This document shows, one piece after another, positions 36,221 to 51,063 of a stretch of DNA of 64,000 nucleotides (position 1 is the stretch's first letter; the number at the start of each line of letters is the position of its first letter). The notes under the pieces were generated by a model. That model did not search any database. It saw only the letters and a program-made list of their open reading frames with translations, and was not told the origin of the DNA. Location: NCBI RefSeq assembly GCF_006345805.1, contig NC_042999.1:35340001-35404000 (forward strand). Reading direction: 5' to 3'. The translations under genes and the position numbers were made by a program. Origin of the DNA: Octopus sinensis (lineage: Eukaryota).

Positions 36221-36685
36221 TATAATCAGTGCAAATAACTACAAAATATAATGAAGGAAGAGAAGGTTTTCTGAATAAGGATTGATAAGCGTTTGTGATG
36301 AGAGATATATAACGACGTTTTTGGCAGAGTTGAAATTACGTAGGTATGTAATCTCGTTTATTTCCTGTTAACGAACGAGACAGGTAATTTCGTTTACTTC
36401 CTGTTAAAAAGAGAAAAGGAAAATCGAACGGGGGAGAGTTCAGAATACAGCAACGGCGCTGCGTGGATAGTACAAAATACGAGAGAGAGAGAGCTGCATA
36501 CGGATCGAACCGTTTACCACCTACCTTTTAAACAATCGAGGACTGGACATGAAATTCTTTGGGTAGTATACCTTTTGTTACATAATTTCATCTTTGAATA
36601 TTAATTCACTGATTGTACAATTTCTGTTGTTGCCTTCAGAAGTTCACCCCTTTTATACATAAGAATTTGCTTGATCGTAACAAAT

Positions 36686-36703
36686 TGGGGGCTCGTCCGG
36701 GAT
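36686..36703 (+). promoter_or_regulatory. Primer-binding site complementary to the tRNA-Pro 3' end
   Basis: TGGGGGCTCGTCCGGGAT lies 3 nt after the LTR end ...gatcgtaaca and is complementary to ATCCCGGACGAGCCCCCA. Confidence 0.92.
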
Positions 36704-36904
36704 CCCTACATTATAAAACAACTTTATTATTCACCTACGAACTGACCGATTTGAGTTTTTAAAAAAATTTTTTCAGAGAATTATTCAAAAGTTATCTACA
36801 AAAATTCCACTGCTGAAATGTATATATTACCTGTATAATTATATATTACCTGTATAATTTTGTATCAACATTCAAAATTCTTCTTGTGAAATCAGTATTT
36901 AAAT

Positions 36905-37312
36905 ATGGAGCTTAAGGTTGAAGAATTTAATGAGTTTCCCAGTGTGGAGCAATTAAGGATTTTTAAACAATCAGAATTGTTGTTATTGGCCAAACATTAT
37001 TATTTAGATGAGGTTAAGTCAGTCATGAAAAAGAAAGAGATTTTCAAAGTTGTTTTAGAACATTTGGTTGATGAAGAAATTTTCGAAGATTTGGTTTTGT
37101 CATTGTTGAAATCAGAGAAAACAGAAGAGTTTGAGTAGAGGAAATTAGAATTAGAATTTCAAAAAGCAATAAAGGAAATGGAAATTCAAAAATAATTAAA
37201 ATTGAAAGAAATTGAGTTACAGAGTAGAAAGTTGGACACTCCTCGTGATCAGAAAGATTTTGATGTAGCTAAAAATATTAGACTTGTGCCTCCATTTAGT
37301 GAAAAAGATGTT
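36905..37312 (+). pseudogene. gag: Truncated gag N-terminus
   Basis: MELKVEEFNEFPSVEQL...LLLLAKHY and FDVAKNIRLVPPFSEKDV, then an abrupt jump into the integrase tail. Confidence 0.75.
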
Positions 37313-38920
37313 CAAACTCCAGGCCGTCGAAAACAAAACCGGTTTTGTCACATGAACATGATCAAAAAGTATTATGACAGGTCTAAAAGTGTGCCACCAA
37401 GTCATTGCTATTGCCTTTGCTATTGATCATGATTCAGACAAGTTGAAAGAAGAATGTGAGCATCTGAAATTTGATAATTTGGCTGAGAAGGCTAACCCAA
37501 GGTTGAAAAATTCTGAAGTGTTAGCAAATATTCATGAAAAGATAGCTCACCTTACTGCAGAACAGCAATGTTAATTGTCAGATTTGCTTCGTGAATACGT
37601 ACAGTTATTTCCGGATGTACCTGGTCGTACCGATTTAGTTAGTCATGATATTGACGTTGGTGATTCAAGACCTGTTAAACAACATCCTCATCGACTTAAC
37701 CCACTCAAGTTGGAACATCTCCGAAAAAAGGTCAACTACATGTTGGAGAATGACATCATTGAACCAAGTGACAGTGAGTGGAGCTCGCCGTGCATCCTAG
37801 TACCGAAGCTTGATGGTACTTTTCGCTGTTGTACAGACCTGAAGCGTGTGAACTCTTTGTCTAAGACAGATTCATATTCCAATCCAAGAATTGATGACAG
37901 TATAGATAGAATCGGTCAAGCCAAATATGTAAGTTTGACTTACTGAAGGGACATTATCGAATTCCTTTAACGGAACGTGCCAAGATTTCTGCTTTTGCTA
38001 CGCCAGATGGACTATACCAATATAAAGTCATGCCATTTGAACTGAAGAATGCCCCGGCCACTTTTCAACGCCTCATGAATAACATCACTTCAGGGATTCG
38101 GGGTATCGAGACCTACATTGATGACGCCATCGACCATTCTATGGAGTGGGACGAACATTTAAAGAGGATGCATGCCTTCTTTGAGAAAGTTACACAGGAA
38201 AAACTGACTATAAATCTTGCGAAATGTGAATTTACCCAGGAAAATGTGGTGTTTTTAGGGTGTGCTGTTGGTCAAGGCCAGGTACAACCGGTTAAAGCAA
38301 AGGTAGAAGCTATTGCAAAATTCCCAGTTCCGTCAAACAAAAAGGAACTTATGAGATTCCTGGGTGTGACTGGTTATTACAGAAAATTTTGTCCAAATTT
38401 CTTTGATGTTGTGGCCCTTCTCACTAATTTGTTGGGAAAAAGTGTCAAATTTGTTTGGAATGACAATTGTCAGGCCGCGTTTGAGAAAGTAAAAGCCATA
38501 CTCATGAGTTCTCCAGTTTTGATAGCACCAGACTTTGGGAAACCATTTAAGCTTTCCATTGATGCAAGTGACATTGGTGTCGGTGGTGTTCTGTTTCAAT
38601 CAGATGCAAAGGGTGTTGATCATCCTGTTCGTTATTACTCAAAGAAATTTGACATACGGCAGTGAAATTATTCTACCATTGAGAAAGAAACCCTTGCTTT
38701 GTTGTTGTCATAGCAACATTTTGACGTATAATTGGGAACCACCAAGTATCCCATTGAAGTGTTCACCGACCACAATCCGCTGACTTTTCTGCACAAGATG
38801 AAGAACAAAAATCAGAGATTAATGAGATGGAGTTTATCTTTGCAAGAATTTAATCTCAATATTCAACATATTAAAAGTAGAGACAATGTCATTGCGGATG
38901 CACTATCTCGAGTCAGCTGA
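37313..38920 (+). pseudogene. pol: pol remnant: integrase C-terminal tail, then RT and RNase H, with stops and frameshifts
   Basis: QTPGRRKQNRFCHMNMIKKY; IIEPSDSEWSSPCILVPK; MPFELKNAPATFQRLM..YIDD; FKLSIDASDIGVGGVL; VFTDHNPLTFL..DNVIADALSRVS-stop. Confidence 0.9.
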
Positions 38921-39173
38921 TTGTGACAGGATGTTGCATGTATTTGTATCCCTTATGCAGTTCTCATATTTTGTCATTTTAATAAGAGAGTTTTCACTGC
39001 GTTCAACTTTCTTCCTTTAAGTGGGAGAATGTTGTGTATATCTATAATCAGTGCAAATAACGAGGAAATATAATGAAGGAAGAGAACTTACAATGTTTTC
39101 TGAATGAGGAGAGATAAGCGTTTGTGATGAGAGATAAATAACGACGCTTTTGGCAGAGTTGAAATGACATAGG

Positions 39174-39227
<54 letters not shown>

Positions 39228-39238
39228 ATATATAATAT

Positions 39239-39283
<45 letters not shown>

Positions 39284-39952
39284 GAAGTGAGCAAGGAACG
39301 AGACAGGTAATCTCGTTTACTTCCTGTTAAAAAGAGTAAAGGAAAATCGAACGGGGGAGAGTTCAAAATACAGCAACGGCATTACGTGGGTAGTACGAAA
39401 TACGAGAGAGAGCTGGATACGGATCGAACCGTTTACCACCTACCTTTGAAAAATCGAGGACTGGACATGAAATTCTTTGGGTATTATACCTTTTTTTACA
39501 TAATTTCATCTTTGAATAATAATTCACTTATTGTACAGTCTCTATTGTTGCCTTCAGAAGTTCACCCCTTTTATACGCAAGAATTTGCTTGATCGTAACA
39601 ATACATATATATATATATATTTCTTTGCTACCCACAAGGGGCTAAACACAGAGAGGACAAACAAGGACAGACAAAGGGATTAAGTCGATTACATCGACCC
39701 CAGTGCGCAACTGGTACTTAATTTATCGACCCCGAAAGGATGAAAGGCAAAGTCGACCTCGGCGGAATTTGAACTCAGAACGTAACGGCAGACGAAATAC
39801 GGCCACGCATTTCGCCCGTCGTGCTAACGTTTCTGTCAGCTCGCCGCCTTCAATACATATATATGTATATATATATATATATATACATGTGTGTGTGTGT
39901 GTGTGTGTGTGTGCGTCTGTGTCTGTGTGTGTGTCTGTGTCTGTGTGTCTGT

Positions 39953-39997
<45 letters not shown>

Positions 39998-41000
39998 GTG
40001 TGTGTGTGTGTGTGTATGTATGCATGGTTATGTGATGAGTTGGTTGGGATAACTCATTAATCAAACAGTAAGTTTTGCAGCATACTTATTCAGGTTTAAA
40101 AGAGCCGTGATTAAATTCACGTTTGTCTAACATTCGCTTTTCACATAATTGTCTTCCCACAAATTTCTGTTATTTTCTATCTTCGTCCCTACTTACTTAT
40201 TTCTACATTAGAAAAAAGTTGTGTTTTTTTTTTGTCTTCTGTTTCTTCATTATTCTTATTGTTTTGTACTTTGGTGTTTTTTTTTCTTATATTTTTTCCT
40301 CCCCTGAAGACAGAAATAAAAAATGAAAAATGTATACATATACGTTTTTTTTTTGTTTTTTTTTTTTGTTCTCTCGAAAGTCATTTAATCACATCAATTT
40401 TTTTTTTATTCTCTTAACGTCTTCAAACATTTAGGGATTCGTACTTCCCCCACTCAATCAGTCATCGCACAATATCTGGTCTAGCATATCGCTCGTTTCG
40501 TTTTCTGTTTTCTTTCGCCTCTTCATACAATTTTCTTTTACCATTTATTTTTCTTTTCGTCCATAATTGATTCTCAATTTTTTCTTGTCATTTGTTATTT
40601 CATTCTATACCGGTTCTGACTGTTGTTATTCCTGACAATGATTCTTCTTCCTCTTCTTCCTCTTCTTCTCCTCATTATTATTGTTGATGTTGTTGCTGCT
40701 GCCATTGTGATCATTTTTTTTTTTTACTTCTTGTTTATCTTTATCAAATGTAGGACAAATTTATTATTATGTCGTCAGAAACCACGTTGTATGTACCTAT
40801 GTGTGTTTATGTGTTTGTGTGTGCGTGTATTAATTCTTATATATGTACACATGTGCATGCGTGTGTGTATGCGTGTGTGTATGTATGTGTGTCAGTGTGT
40901 GTCTGTGTCTGTGTCTGTCTGTCTGTCTGTGTGTGTGTGTGGTGTGTGTGTGTGTGTGTGTGCGTCAGTGTGTGTCAGTGTGTGTCTCTGTCTCTGTCTC

Positions 41001-41031
<31 letters not shown>

Positions 41032-44000
41032 ATGTATTCTTGTGCGCTTATATGGTCCGTTTGTATATTTTCTTTCTGCATCAATGCATGAGTTTGTACC
41101 TGGATTCTACTTTCTCTGCTCAGACACAATTTTAACAGAATTCAATCTTTGAAGGATAAATCACCTAATCCATTACTAATGTCCATTTAATTTATTCTCC
41201 TGGACCAACGTAAGCTGTACTGATACTCATAAAAGAGGAAGAAAGTTTCAATATATTGGAGGATGTTGTTAATGGTTATTTTCATAAACTTTGAGATATT
41301 AGAAAGGAATATAATTAAGCAGTAGCCGGCAGAATCAGATATTTGGTTCTGCATACCCAAAAGAGTAAGGCCGAAGAGTTTGATGAGACTACGGTATAAC
41401 CCTGGGCATATTATTAACGTTTTATTGCTTAAGCAGCTAATGTACTTTTATCTATGGCTTGTAAGTGTGTATAACGGTGGGTTGCTGATTTATATGGTGA
41501 TTATTCTCCCGAGTAGAATTCGGAATCCACGTCGGTTGGTCGACAGTTTATGACGATGTATCGCCAATTTTTAACGGCGTGGGTATTGAGAAGAATGACG
41601 AGTGGCATTTTATAACGTGTTCGACTTGAAAATATAATGAATATAAATATTTCCTTAGCAGGAATCTGTGGTAATAAATCCGTCACTTATAACTTAATTA
41701 TAAGTATTTTATCACCATACATTTAATATTTACAGTACATTTTTATAAGTCAAAAGAAGACTGTCGCAGAGAGTTTCGACATAAAATTTGTAAGGTTAAT
41801 GTTTACTAGTATTATTTAATTCTGTCGTAACTAAGCTACAAAGAGTTTTAAATAACAATTCAAAATAACCTCGTTGAATTAGACAAAAGACTTGGCATCG
41901 TAATAACCAAATCTCTGGAAAGTGAGTGTCGTGGAATCAAGTGATAACCAACGAACACTGATTTATTTCCCAAAAATCAGGGTTTTATAACTGCTGATGT
42001 CTAAATTCTAAGAACCGTATTTCGTGAAAGATTTCTCTTTGACGAAAGTTAGAATTCAAATATGGGCAATAATTCTAACCAATGGGAAACTGATAATTAT
42101 ACCTATTCGGCCAACATGACCATGACGTCATATCACCGCCGATAAAGGTTTATTAAGACTTGCTACATGTGCTTGGTGTAAGCCTAGAGGAAAAGAAAGG
42201 GATAGTTTTAGAGTGAACTTACAACGTGCAGTGCAAAAAGGAAAAAAAGCGGAAAGCGAATGCAGAGTACTGTTAAGAAAGCCATAATGATTAAGATGCA
42301 GTCGGAAAGAAGGTTTCCACATAATCGGTAGAGATTATTTTTGGAAAATTACCAAAAGTATCGGTCGCAATTTGAGAGGTGGAAGAGTTCGATGGCTGTC
42401 CTACGCAGTGAGGCGTCATTCTGGATTCAAATTTATGATGCCTTTCGGGATTTACAATATTGCCTAAAGTTCGTTCAGGAAAGGTGGGTGTTTTTTTTTT
42501 TTTTTTTTCCAATGGTTGTAAAAATGTTTTCTTAATAAACCGTTGCAACGCAGCTACGAGTGAATCACTTGTGAGATTTCAACTGTAAAAATTTGAACTG
42601 TGATCTTTAATTGCTTAGAATTATTGATTACCTACAATTTAAGTGTCAAAATATTTTAGTAAAATAATCAAATTCTACATTTATATGTGTCTATCTGAGG
42701 ACGTATAAACGGTTTCTCGTATTTTATTTTTTATATAATTCAATCTGTATTTATAGAATAGACCTTATAATTGGCAAGGCAGTCCTTCTTGTTTGAGTTT
42801 TTAAAAGATCCTGCTATGTGTGTATGTGAATGTAATTATGTGTTAAATATGTCTTCCCTGTAGTAAATATTTATGTGTATATCACATCATTGCATACATC
42901 AGCATTGAATACAATTGTATATATGTTAGTCTATTTGTCATTTGTGTATAGAAGTGAGAGTACGTGCATATGTGGATCTTTTAATTCTTTGAAATATTAT
43001 AACAAATAAATAGCAGACTCCAAATCAAAAGTTACTGAAGTTGGAATTTAGACAATCACAATTGTATAAAATTATATGCATACTTCTGGAAAAAAGTTGC
43101 ATATTTTCACTGTTCCCCTTACACAATAATTTTTCAGAATACAAGTTAGATGGGGCGTTTTTAACTTGCAAATTTATTACTTATCTCCTTAGTAATTTTA
43201 TCAAGTTCATTAATAAATGTAAATTTATGTGAATTCATAACCGAAATAACGAAATTGCATATTTTGGTACATTCTATTTATAAATGTCCTTTCTCACTGA
43301 TTATGAACGAAATATTCGTATATCCAATATGAAATGATTTTGATTCTGTCTAGCCAGTTGAATTTTATACATTTTTCTGTAATTATTCCGTTAATACTAC
43401 TTGCATTGAATGAATAAATCTAATCGAGATCAGTATATTTATACATTTAACCAAGAACATACATTTATTTTTGAGAATATTTTAATTCTAAGATGGCGAA
43501 TTAGCAGAGCCGTTGCAGCGTTGGTTAGCATGCGTTGCTATACTTGTTACGATTCTCTACGTTCTGAGATCAAATTTCGCCGGTGGACAACTTTATCTTT
43601 CATGCTCTCGGTCAATTTTAAAAACTACCAGTCCAGAGCCATGGATTGACGGAACTGTAAGAAGAGTAAGATGTTTTGCGATGTCTCTTCCGACATTTTG
43701 AGTTCTAGTGGCCTTAAGCTGCGTCAGCTCAAGACGGCAACCTTTTCTCTTTGGTAAACATCAGTGGCATATAAAGAGGAAGCATGCAGCATAGACAACA
43801 GCCAGTCTTCCTCAAAAAATCTTGCCCAAGCCTGCGCATACATTTGCAGAGGCGTGGTCATACTTGCCCAATAGAAGCCTTGTGGTGTAGTCCTATTGTA
43901 TATGTTTTGTACGAACATCATGCAATTTGATATAGTAATGCTGTTAGACACCTACCACAGAAATCTATCACAATCAAGGTTTTCCGCTCCCATCTTGCAA

Positions 44001-44494
44001 GTTTACAGACAACTATTTTTGTTTATCGAGTATTCTGTAACTAACCGTGGTCTTGAACATGACTATAGCCTTCGAAATTTGACAAGATGTTACGACCATT
44101 ATTCCATGAGACACAGCATTTGCTGTTAAATGTTGACATCGTTCCCTCGATGTTGTAGTGTTATTGTCATTTGGCCCCAGGTCAGCCTCCATCGAGCTGA
44201 TCAAAGATGTTGCAACAAGAACCAACCTGTGTTTCAGGATTATCTAAGAATAAATGACATAATTTCTTCTTCCCCGCCTTTTCAAACAGAAGGGAGATTT
44301 GACTGCTATTTCTAGCGCGTAGATAGACCGTGTGGAGTGACCTTCGTTTACTGAATCGTTGACAATTTATCAAGGTACGTACTTGTACTTAACTTTTGTT
44401 TGTGTACAGAGTGTTTTTATTCTGTCCCTATTAAGGCAAGTCTATCCAACAGTTCTGGTATCACAGATGTTAGACTCCCATGCTCATTTCCGAC

Positions 44495-44929
<435 letters not shown>

Positions 44930-45969
44930 TGTTTTTCTCATTCCTGAATGCTTGATTTATGTATTTAGCTTTGTGCCTACTGCTCAGTAGTAGGTTTCCT
45001 TCGCAGTCCAATCCAATACCCAAAATGGTACTAGTACTTTAAATGCATTGTGAGATATTTCCTTGCAAACGGAAAGCTTCACTGCCGTACACTTTGGTTT
45101 CACACTGTATTTGTTCGCAATATGTATGCACGCATAATAGTAAGGATGCGTTTGTATTTACCATTAGATTCAAATAGAGATTCTTTTAAATATGTTTTCA
45201 GATCTTGGCTATATAATTACTCTATTTGATCGGCAAAATCTAAATCAATATTTTCTGTATTTCTCTATAAAAAATAATATAGTTTCTGTATTTCTCTTAA
45301 AAATAAAATATTATCAGTTTCTTCTCAAATCTTTCATTATATACTTTAATACACCTACCGTTGAACTTGAATAAAAATGTAAATCTATCGTACAAAAGCT
45401 GTAGGATTCGCAGTATGCACTGTATATGTTGTCTTTCTCTGGAACAAAATATTCACATCTTACAGGCAACTGAACTACACATCAGTACATTGATGAACAT
45501 TACGAGATATAGCTATATAGCTACATGAGTAATTTTCAACATTAAATTTTGCACTGAACCTATTATTTTTATTTCAATAAGGGAAGCATGATACAGATTT
45601 TACCTCTATTTTACACCAAATAGATAACTTTCTCTCTTTATTTCTCTCTACGGAATCCATATCTGAATTGCTTTCAGTGTTTCATATAAAATTCCATGAA
45701 GTTGTAAAATAGTATCAAATTTAATTTCTTATCAGTTGTTTCAATTCACACACTAGATTGGTTAAATTTATTCCTGCCTCATCCTTTCAAGATTTGCCTT
45801 AAGTAGAAAAAAAGAATCAATAATTAAGCCTAGAAATTGATAAAATAAAAACGTGTGGAGCAAGGAAACTGCACTTATCGACTCGCTCATCTGCGCTCAC
45901 AGAAATAAGATATTGCTAACGAAATCTTTATATGAAAGCTTATTTATGCGCGCGAGTGTGCGTGTATGC

Positions 45970-46082
<113 letters not shown>

Positions 46083-46139
46083 TATATAACATATATATAT
46101 ACATATAATATATACTATATATATATATATAAGATATAT

Positions 46140-46188
<49 letters not shown>

Positions 46189-46209
46189 ATATATATATTA
46201 TATATATAT

Positions 46210-46240
<31 letters not shown>

Positions 46241-46533
46241 TATATATTATATATATATATATATATTATATATATATATATATAGGCGGGTGAGCTGGCA
46301 GAAACGTTAGCACGCCGGGCGAAATGCTTAGCGGTATTTCGTCTGCCGTTACGTTCTGAGTTCAAATTCCGCCGAGGTCGACTTTGCCTTTCATCTTTTC
46401 GGAGTCGATTAAATAAGTACCAGTTATGCCCTGGGGGCGATATATTCGACTTAATCCGTTTGTCTGTCCTTGTTTGTCATCTCTGTGTTTAGCCCCTTCT
46501 AGGTAGTAAAAAAAATAGTGTGTTTATATATAC

Positions 46534-46599
<66 letters not shown>

Positions 46600-46761
46600 A
46601 TATATATGTATAAGTTTATGAATATATATAGTATGTATATGTGTATACATATATAATATATATTATATATGTACGTATGTGTGCGTATATATATATATAT
46701 ATATACATACATATATATTTACACGCGCGCGTGGGTGTGCGTATGTATGTATGTATGTATG

Positions 46762-46808
<47 letters not shown>

Positions 46809-46859
46809 TATATATGAGTGTGTATGTGTTGTTTATAGATAGATAGATAGATAGATAGG

Positions 46860-46916
<57 letters not shown>

Positions 46917-47039
46917 GGATGGATGGATAAACAAACAGACGGACAGACGGATAGATGGGTGAATATGCGCGCGCGCACTCACAATGGCCATTGTCGTCTG
47001 TTACGGACAGTCTAAACACCATCCTTACATCTTTGTACA

Positions 47040-47800
47040 GTTATATGCAGCTATACTCATGTATGACTTCTCCAGTGTTAATTCCAGAAACCCTTCCACA
47101 GAAACTAAAAGTCGTTGAGGTACTCCCTGTCTGGATTGACTTCTTCATTCTTTGACGTTTCAACTGAAGATCTGTATTTGTCACCTGTTCCTATCCAATG
47201 CCACATTGGTTGTTGCTCACTGTTCGCCAAGTTCTTCTATCATCAACACTTTCTCATCTATTATGATTAATATGCGCTTGATCAGGCTGTTCTTACAGAA
47301 CGTTGAAACGCAGTTCGAGTTTTCCTCGTTTTCAGACTCCTTTGAAAAAGCTCACCGAAAAGTAACTGCTTCGGAATTCTGTTGTCTTCCATGCGTTTCG
47401 CATAGTGTCAGAGTTGCTTAAATAAAATTGACATAAGCTGACAGTCGCACTAATGATGCTGAAATGCAACACGTTCAGCTCGACTAAGTAATTCTTAACT
47501 CAAGACCATAAAGCAATGCGCTGTGGACACCCTTCACAGCTTCTGATCTTAGTCATTGGACTGAGGATTTTGTTCTTCCATATTTTTCTTGCCTGCAAGC
47601 TTTCCAAAATGTTGCGCCTGCTTTGCCTACCCTAATCTTGACTTCTACTTCATCTGCTCCACAGGAAAACATGTCAACAGTTACCAAAGGGCATTTATCT
47701 AAGTTGATATAAACAAACATTGCTTCTTTATCATAAGTTCTCTTCTTTGTGCTGATCTCCAATAAATTTTCGCGGAGTTGACTCATTGTGAGTTACTAGT
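47040..47800 (-). mobile_element. Highly degenerate RTE-like LINE fragment
   Basis: Remnants such as DEVEVKIRVGKAGATF resemble RTE post-RT motifs. There are many stops. Confidence 0.5.
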
Positions 47801-48369
47801 ACCACATCATCAAGCTTGGTTTTTGCACTCAGATGTGTTATTTTAATTAGGGAATCTGTTCAGCGACATGGCAAAATACATCCGAAGTACAGTTGGAAGC
47901 AGTGCATGATCCTGCTTAATTCCACACTTGATATCATTACTAAATAAGGTTAACTATCAAACTAAGCAGTGGCTTTTATATTCTCATGAAAAGAAACAAC
48001 TAGCCTAAACGGTGTTGGACCTAAACAACTGGCCCGTAAAATGCTTTAATTAAATCTGTGAAAGCAATATGAAGTTCCTTCCACTTTCCACGATACTGTT
48101 CCTGGAGCCAATTCAATGAGAATATCACGTCGGAGATACATAGAGAAAACTGGAATCCACAATGGCTCACAACCAAATTTGGTATCTGCTTTAAGAGTAC
48201 GTGGACAAATATTTTCCCTATAATAAAAAGAATTATCTCTGCTTTTGTAGTTTTTCGATGCTGCCATTTCTCTTTCCATGTTGAATGGTCTCAGCTCAAG
48301 CAGGAGTCCATACAGATGCGGAGCAAAATAAACGTTTTTGTTCATTTTAAAGAGCTCATCTGAGATATT

Positions 48370-48785
48370 GCGCAGGAGTGGCTGTGTGGTAAGTAGCTTG
48401 TTTACCAACCACATGGTTCCGGGTTCAGTCCCACTGCATGGCACCTTGGGCAAGTGTCTTCTACTATAGCTTCGGGCCGACCAAAGCCTTGTGAGTGGAT
48501 TTGGTAGACAGAAACTGAAAAGAATCCCGTCGTATATATATATGTATATATATATGTGTGTGTGTGTGTGTATTTGTGTGTCTGTGTTTGTCCTTCTAGC
48601 ATTGCTTGACAACCGATGCTGGTGTGTTTATGTCCCCGTTACTTAGCAGTTCGGCAAAAGAGACCGATAGAATAAGTACTGGGCTTACAAAAGAATAAGT
48701 CCCGGGGTCGAGTTGCTCGATTAAAGGCGGTGCTCCAGCATGGCCGAAGTCAAATGACTGAAACAAGTAAAAGAGAAAAAGAGTA
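48370..48785 (+). mobile_element. Uninterrupted composite tRNA-derived SINE (empty-site equivalent of 22217-24790)
   Basis: A box TGGCTGTGTGG, B box GGTTCAGTCCC, CORE-like segment, (TA)/(GT)n, tail ending gactgaaacaagtaaaagagaaaaagag. Confidence 0.9.
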
Positions 48786-48845
48786 TTGTCACTGTCAGGG
48801 GATTTACAGCTAAGTACTTCACGTACAGTTTTCAATAGACTTCAA

Positions 48846-49339
48846 ATGGACAAAATTTGGCATCATGGCATCATCAAATAACTACAAAAAAAAAGGTTTA
48901 ACCCCCCAACGACATTAATGCTAACATGGTTGCTATATGAGGGGACGATGCTCCAGCTTTAACAACAGTGCAAAAATACGCAGCTAAATTTTGAAGAGGA
49001 AAGGAGAGTCTTGGAGATGACCGAAGGTCTGGACGTCCTACAACTACTACCATCGAGGAAAACATTGATCGTCTTCACCACATGGTTATGGGGGACAGGC
49101 GATTGACTATAAATCAAATAGTCAATGCTATTAACATATCCTGTGAGAGAGTTGAGAATATTCTGTACAATAAACTTGGCATGACGAAGAAGGTTTCTGG
49201 CACTTTATCAAAAAGGCACCAGGTTGATCCCATCGCGAGGAAATCTTACATTGTTTGAGCCTCAATCCATTTATTCAACTGCACTCTCTCTCTATCTATC
49301 TAGCTCTATCTCTACCTTTCTCTATTTCTCCCCTCTCTC

Positions 49340-49375
<36 letters not shown>

Positions 49376-49740
49376 CTCTCTCTCTCGCCTAGAATCAGAT
49401 CACCATTTGAAGATTTCAAAAGATCAACTTTCATAACTTAAAGATAGTTTCTTTATTTTGTTGTACATCACTCAGTTTCGTCAGTTTTCCCTTGACATTT
49501 GGTCTTGATAGCCATTCGTAAATGCCTCAGCAAGTTAGCATAGTACTTTCCATTGATGGTGTGGTCCTTTTCTAGACAGTTGATAAACGGAATGCCTTTC
49601 CCTTGGTCGCTTCATCTCTGCAGATCAAATGACCTAGGCCTTCTTTGGAGCAGGTGAGGAGAGGTGTTTCCACTGCATGGATTGTCTCTTTGTCTTTGGC
49701 TCAAAGTGATGAACCCAACACTCGTTCTGGTTTAGGAAAC
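48846..49740. mobile_element. Mariner transposase relic with its catalytic part inverted
   Basis: Plus strand 48846-49262 gives the HTH half (MDKIWHHGIIK...DDRRSGRPTT..DRRLTINQI). Minus strand 49487-49740 gives NECWVHHFEPKTKRQSMQWKH and TINGKYYANLLR. Confidence 0.8.
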
Positions 49741-50329
49741 ACCCAAGGAGACAAGTGCGTGCGCGTGTGTGAGTGTGTGTCTGTGTGTCTTGTAGAAAAT
49801 TATTATTATCAAGCATGTCTTCTACATTGAAGACAGAATACTGCTTCTGTTATTCGGCTAATTTATTCCATTCGGATTTTTTTTTACTTTTTTATCTCCA
49901 AGTCAATTTAATTAATAATTCAGAGAATTTTACTTGGTAAACTTAATTCTAAGAATGAAAAAAAAACTCTGAGATCAAACTTTGTGAACTTCATTTAGTG
50001 TTTTAATATATGGAACCGTCAATCTATTTAGCCAAATACCTTGAACTATAGATTCTCATTATATTTAGTAATATGTATGAGTGTCTGTGCGTATGTGTTC
50101 GTGTATGCATATATATATATTTGCATATATGAGTGTGCGTATGTGCATGTGTGTATATATATATATATATAGAAATGTATATATAAACATATATATATAT
50201 AAGCATATATATTTGCATATATGAGTGTGCGTGTGTGTATGTGTGTATATACATATATATAAAAATGTATATATAAACATATATATATATAAGCATATAT
50301 ATATATATATGTATCTATGTATGCATAAG

Positions 50330-50365
<36 letters not shown>

Positions 50366-50415
50366 TATATTCATATGTATATATATATGTGTTTATATAT
50401 GTATATATACATATG

Positions 50416-50487
<72 letters not shown>

Positions 50488-50527
50488 GTATATATATGTA
50501 TACATAAGTATATATGTGTATATATAT

Positions 50528-50562
<35 letters not shown>

Positions 50563-50928
50563 ATGTGTGTGTGTGTGCGTATGTGTGTGTGTGTGCCACC
50601 AACAATTTTAATTTTATATTATCTAAAAAAAACTCAGTTAAAAATTCCTGGAAGTATATTTTGGTTTTATCAACAAACTCATTTAAATTTTAATTTGTTT
50701 TTTATTTCTTTTTTTCTTACAAGACTAAGATATTAATATTTCAAATACCTAGTGTTTTGAGATTACAATACTGTTTTACAACATCGACACAATTTTTCAC
50801 GCATTTTGATGTTCTACAGTCTAGGAAATATTTTCCCTGTAATTGACAGTTATTTTTCTTTATTCAAAAACCCCCTTAGCAAATGATTTAAAGAAATAGG
50901 TGAAAGGTATTACTGCTACAAGATATAG

Positions 50929-51063
<135 letters not shown>

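Larger units (their letters stand above)
36220..39600 (+). mobile_element. Internally deleted Gypsy LTR retrotransposon, Gmr1-like gene order
   Basis: LTRs at ~36220-36682 (5' end clipped) and 39030-39600 (TG...CA), PBS at 36686-36703, PPT aagtgggagaa at 39019-39029. Order is gag N-terminus, integrase C-terminal tail, RT, RNase H, with no integrase after RNase H. Confidence 0.9.

Noticed and set aside
48046-48362. About 105 open codons on the minus strand, and a possible 132-bp phase-0 exon on the plus strand
   Set aside because: No recognisable domain and weak splice signals. The listed ORF start is borrowed from the adjacent SINE.
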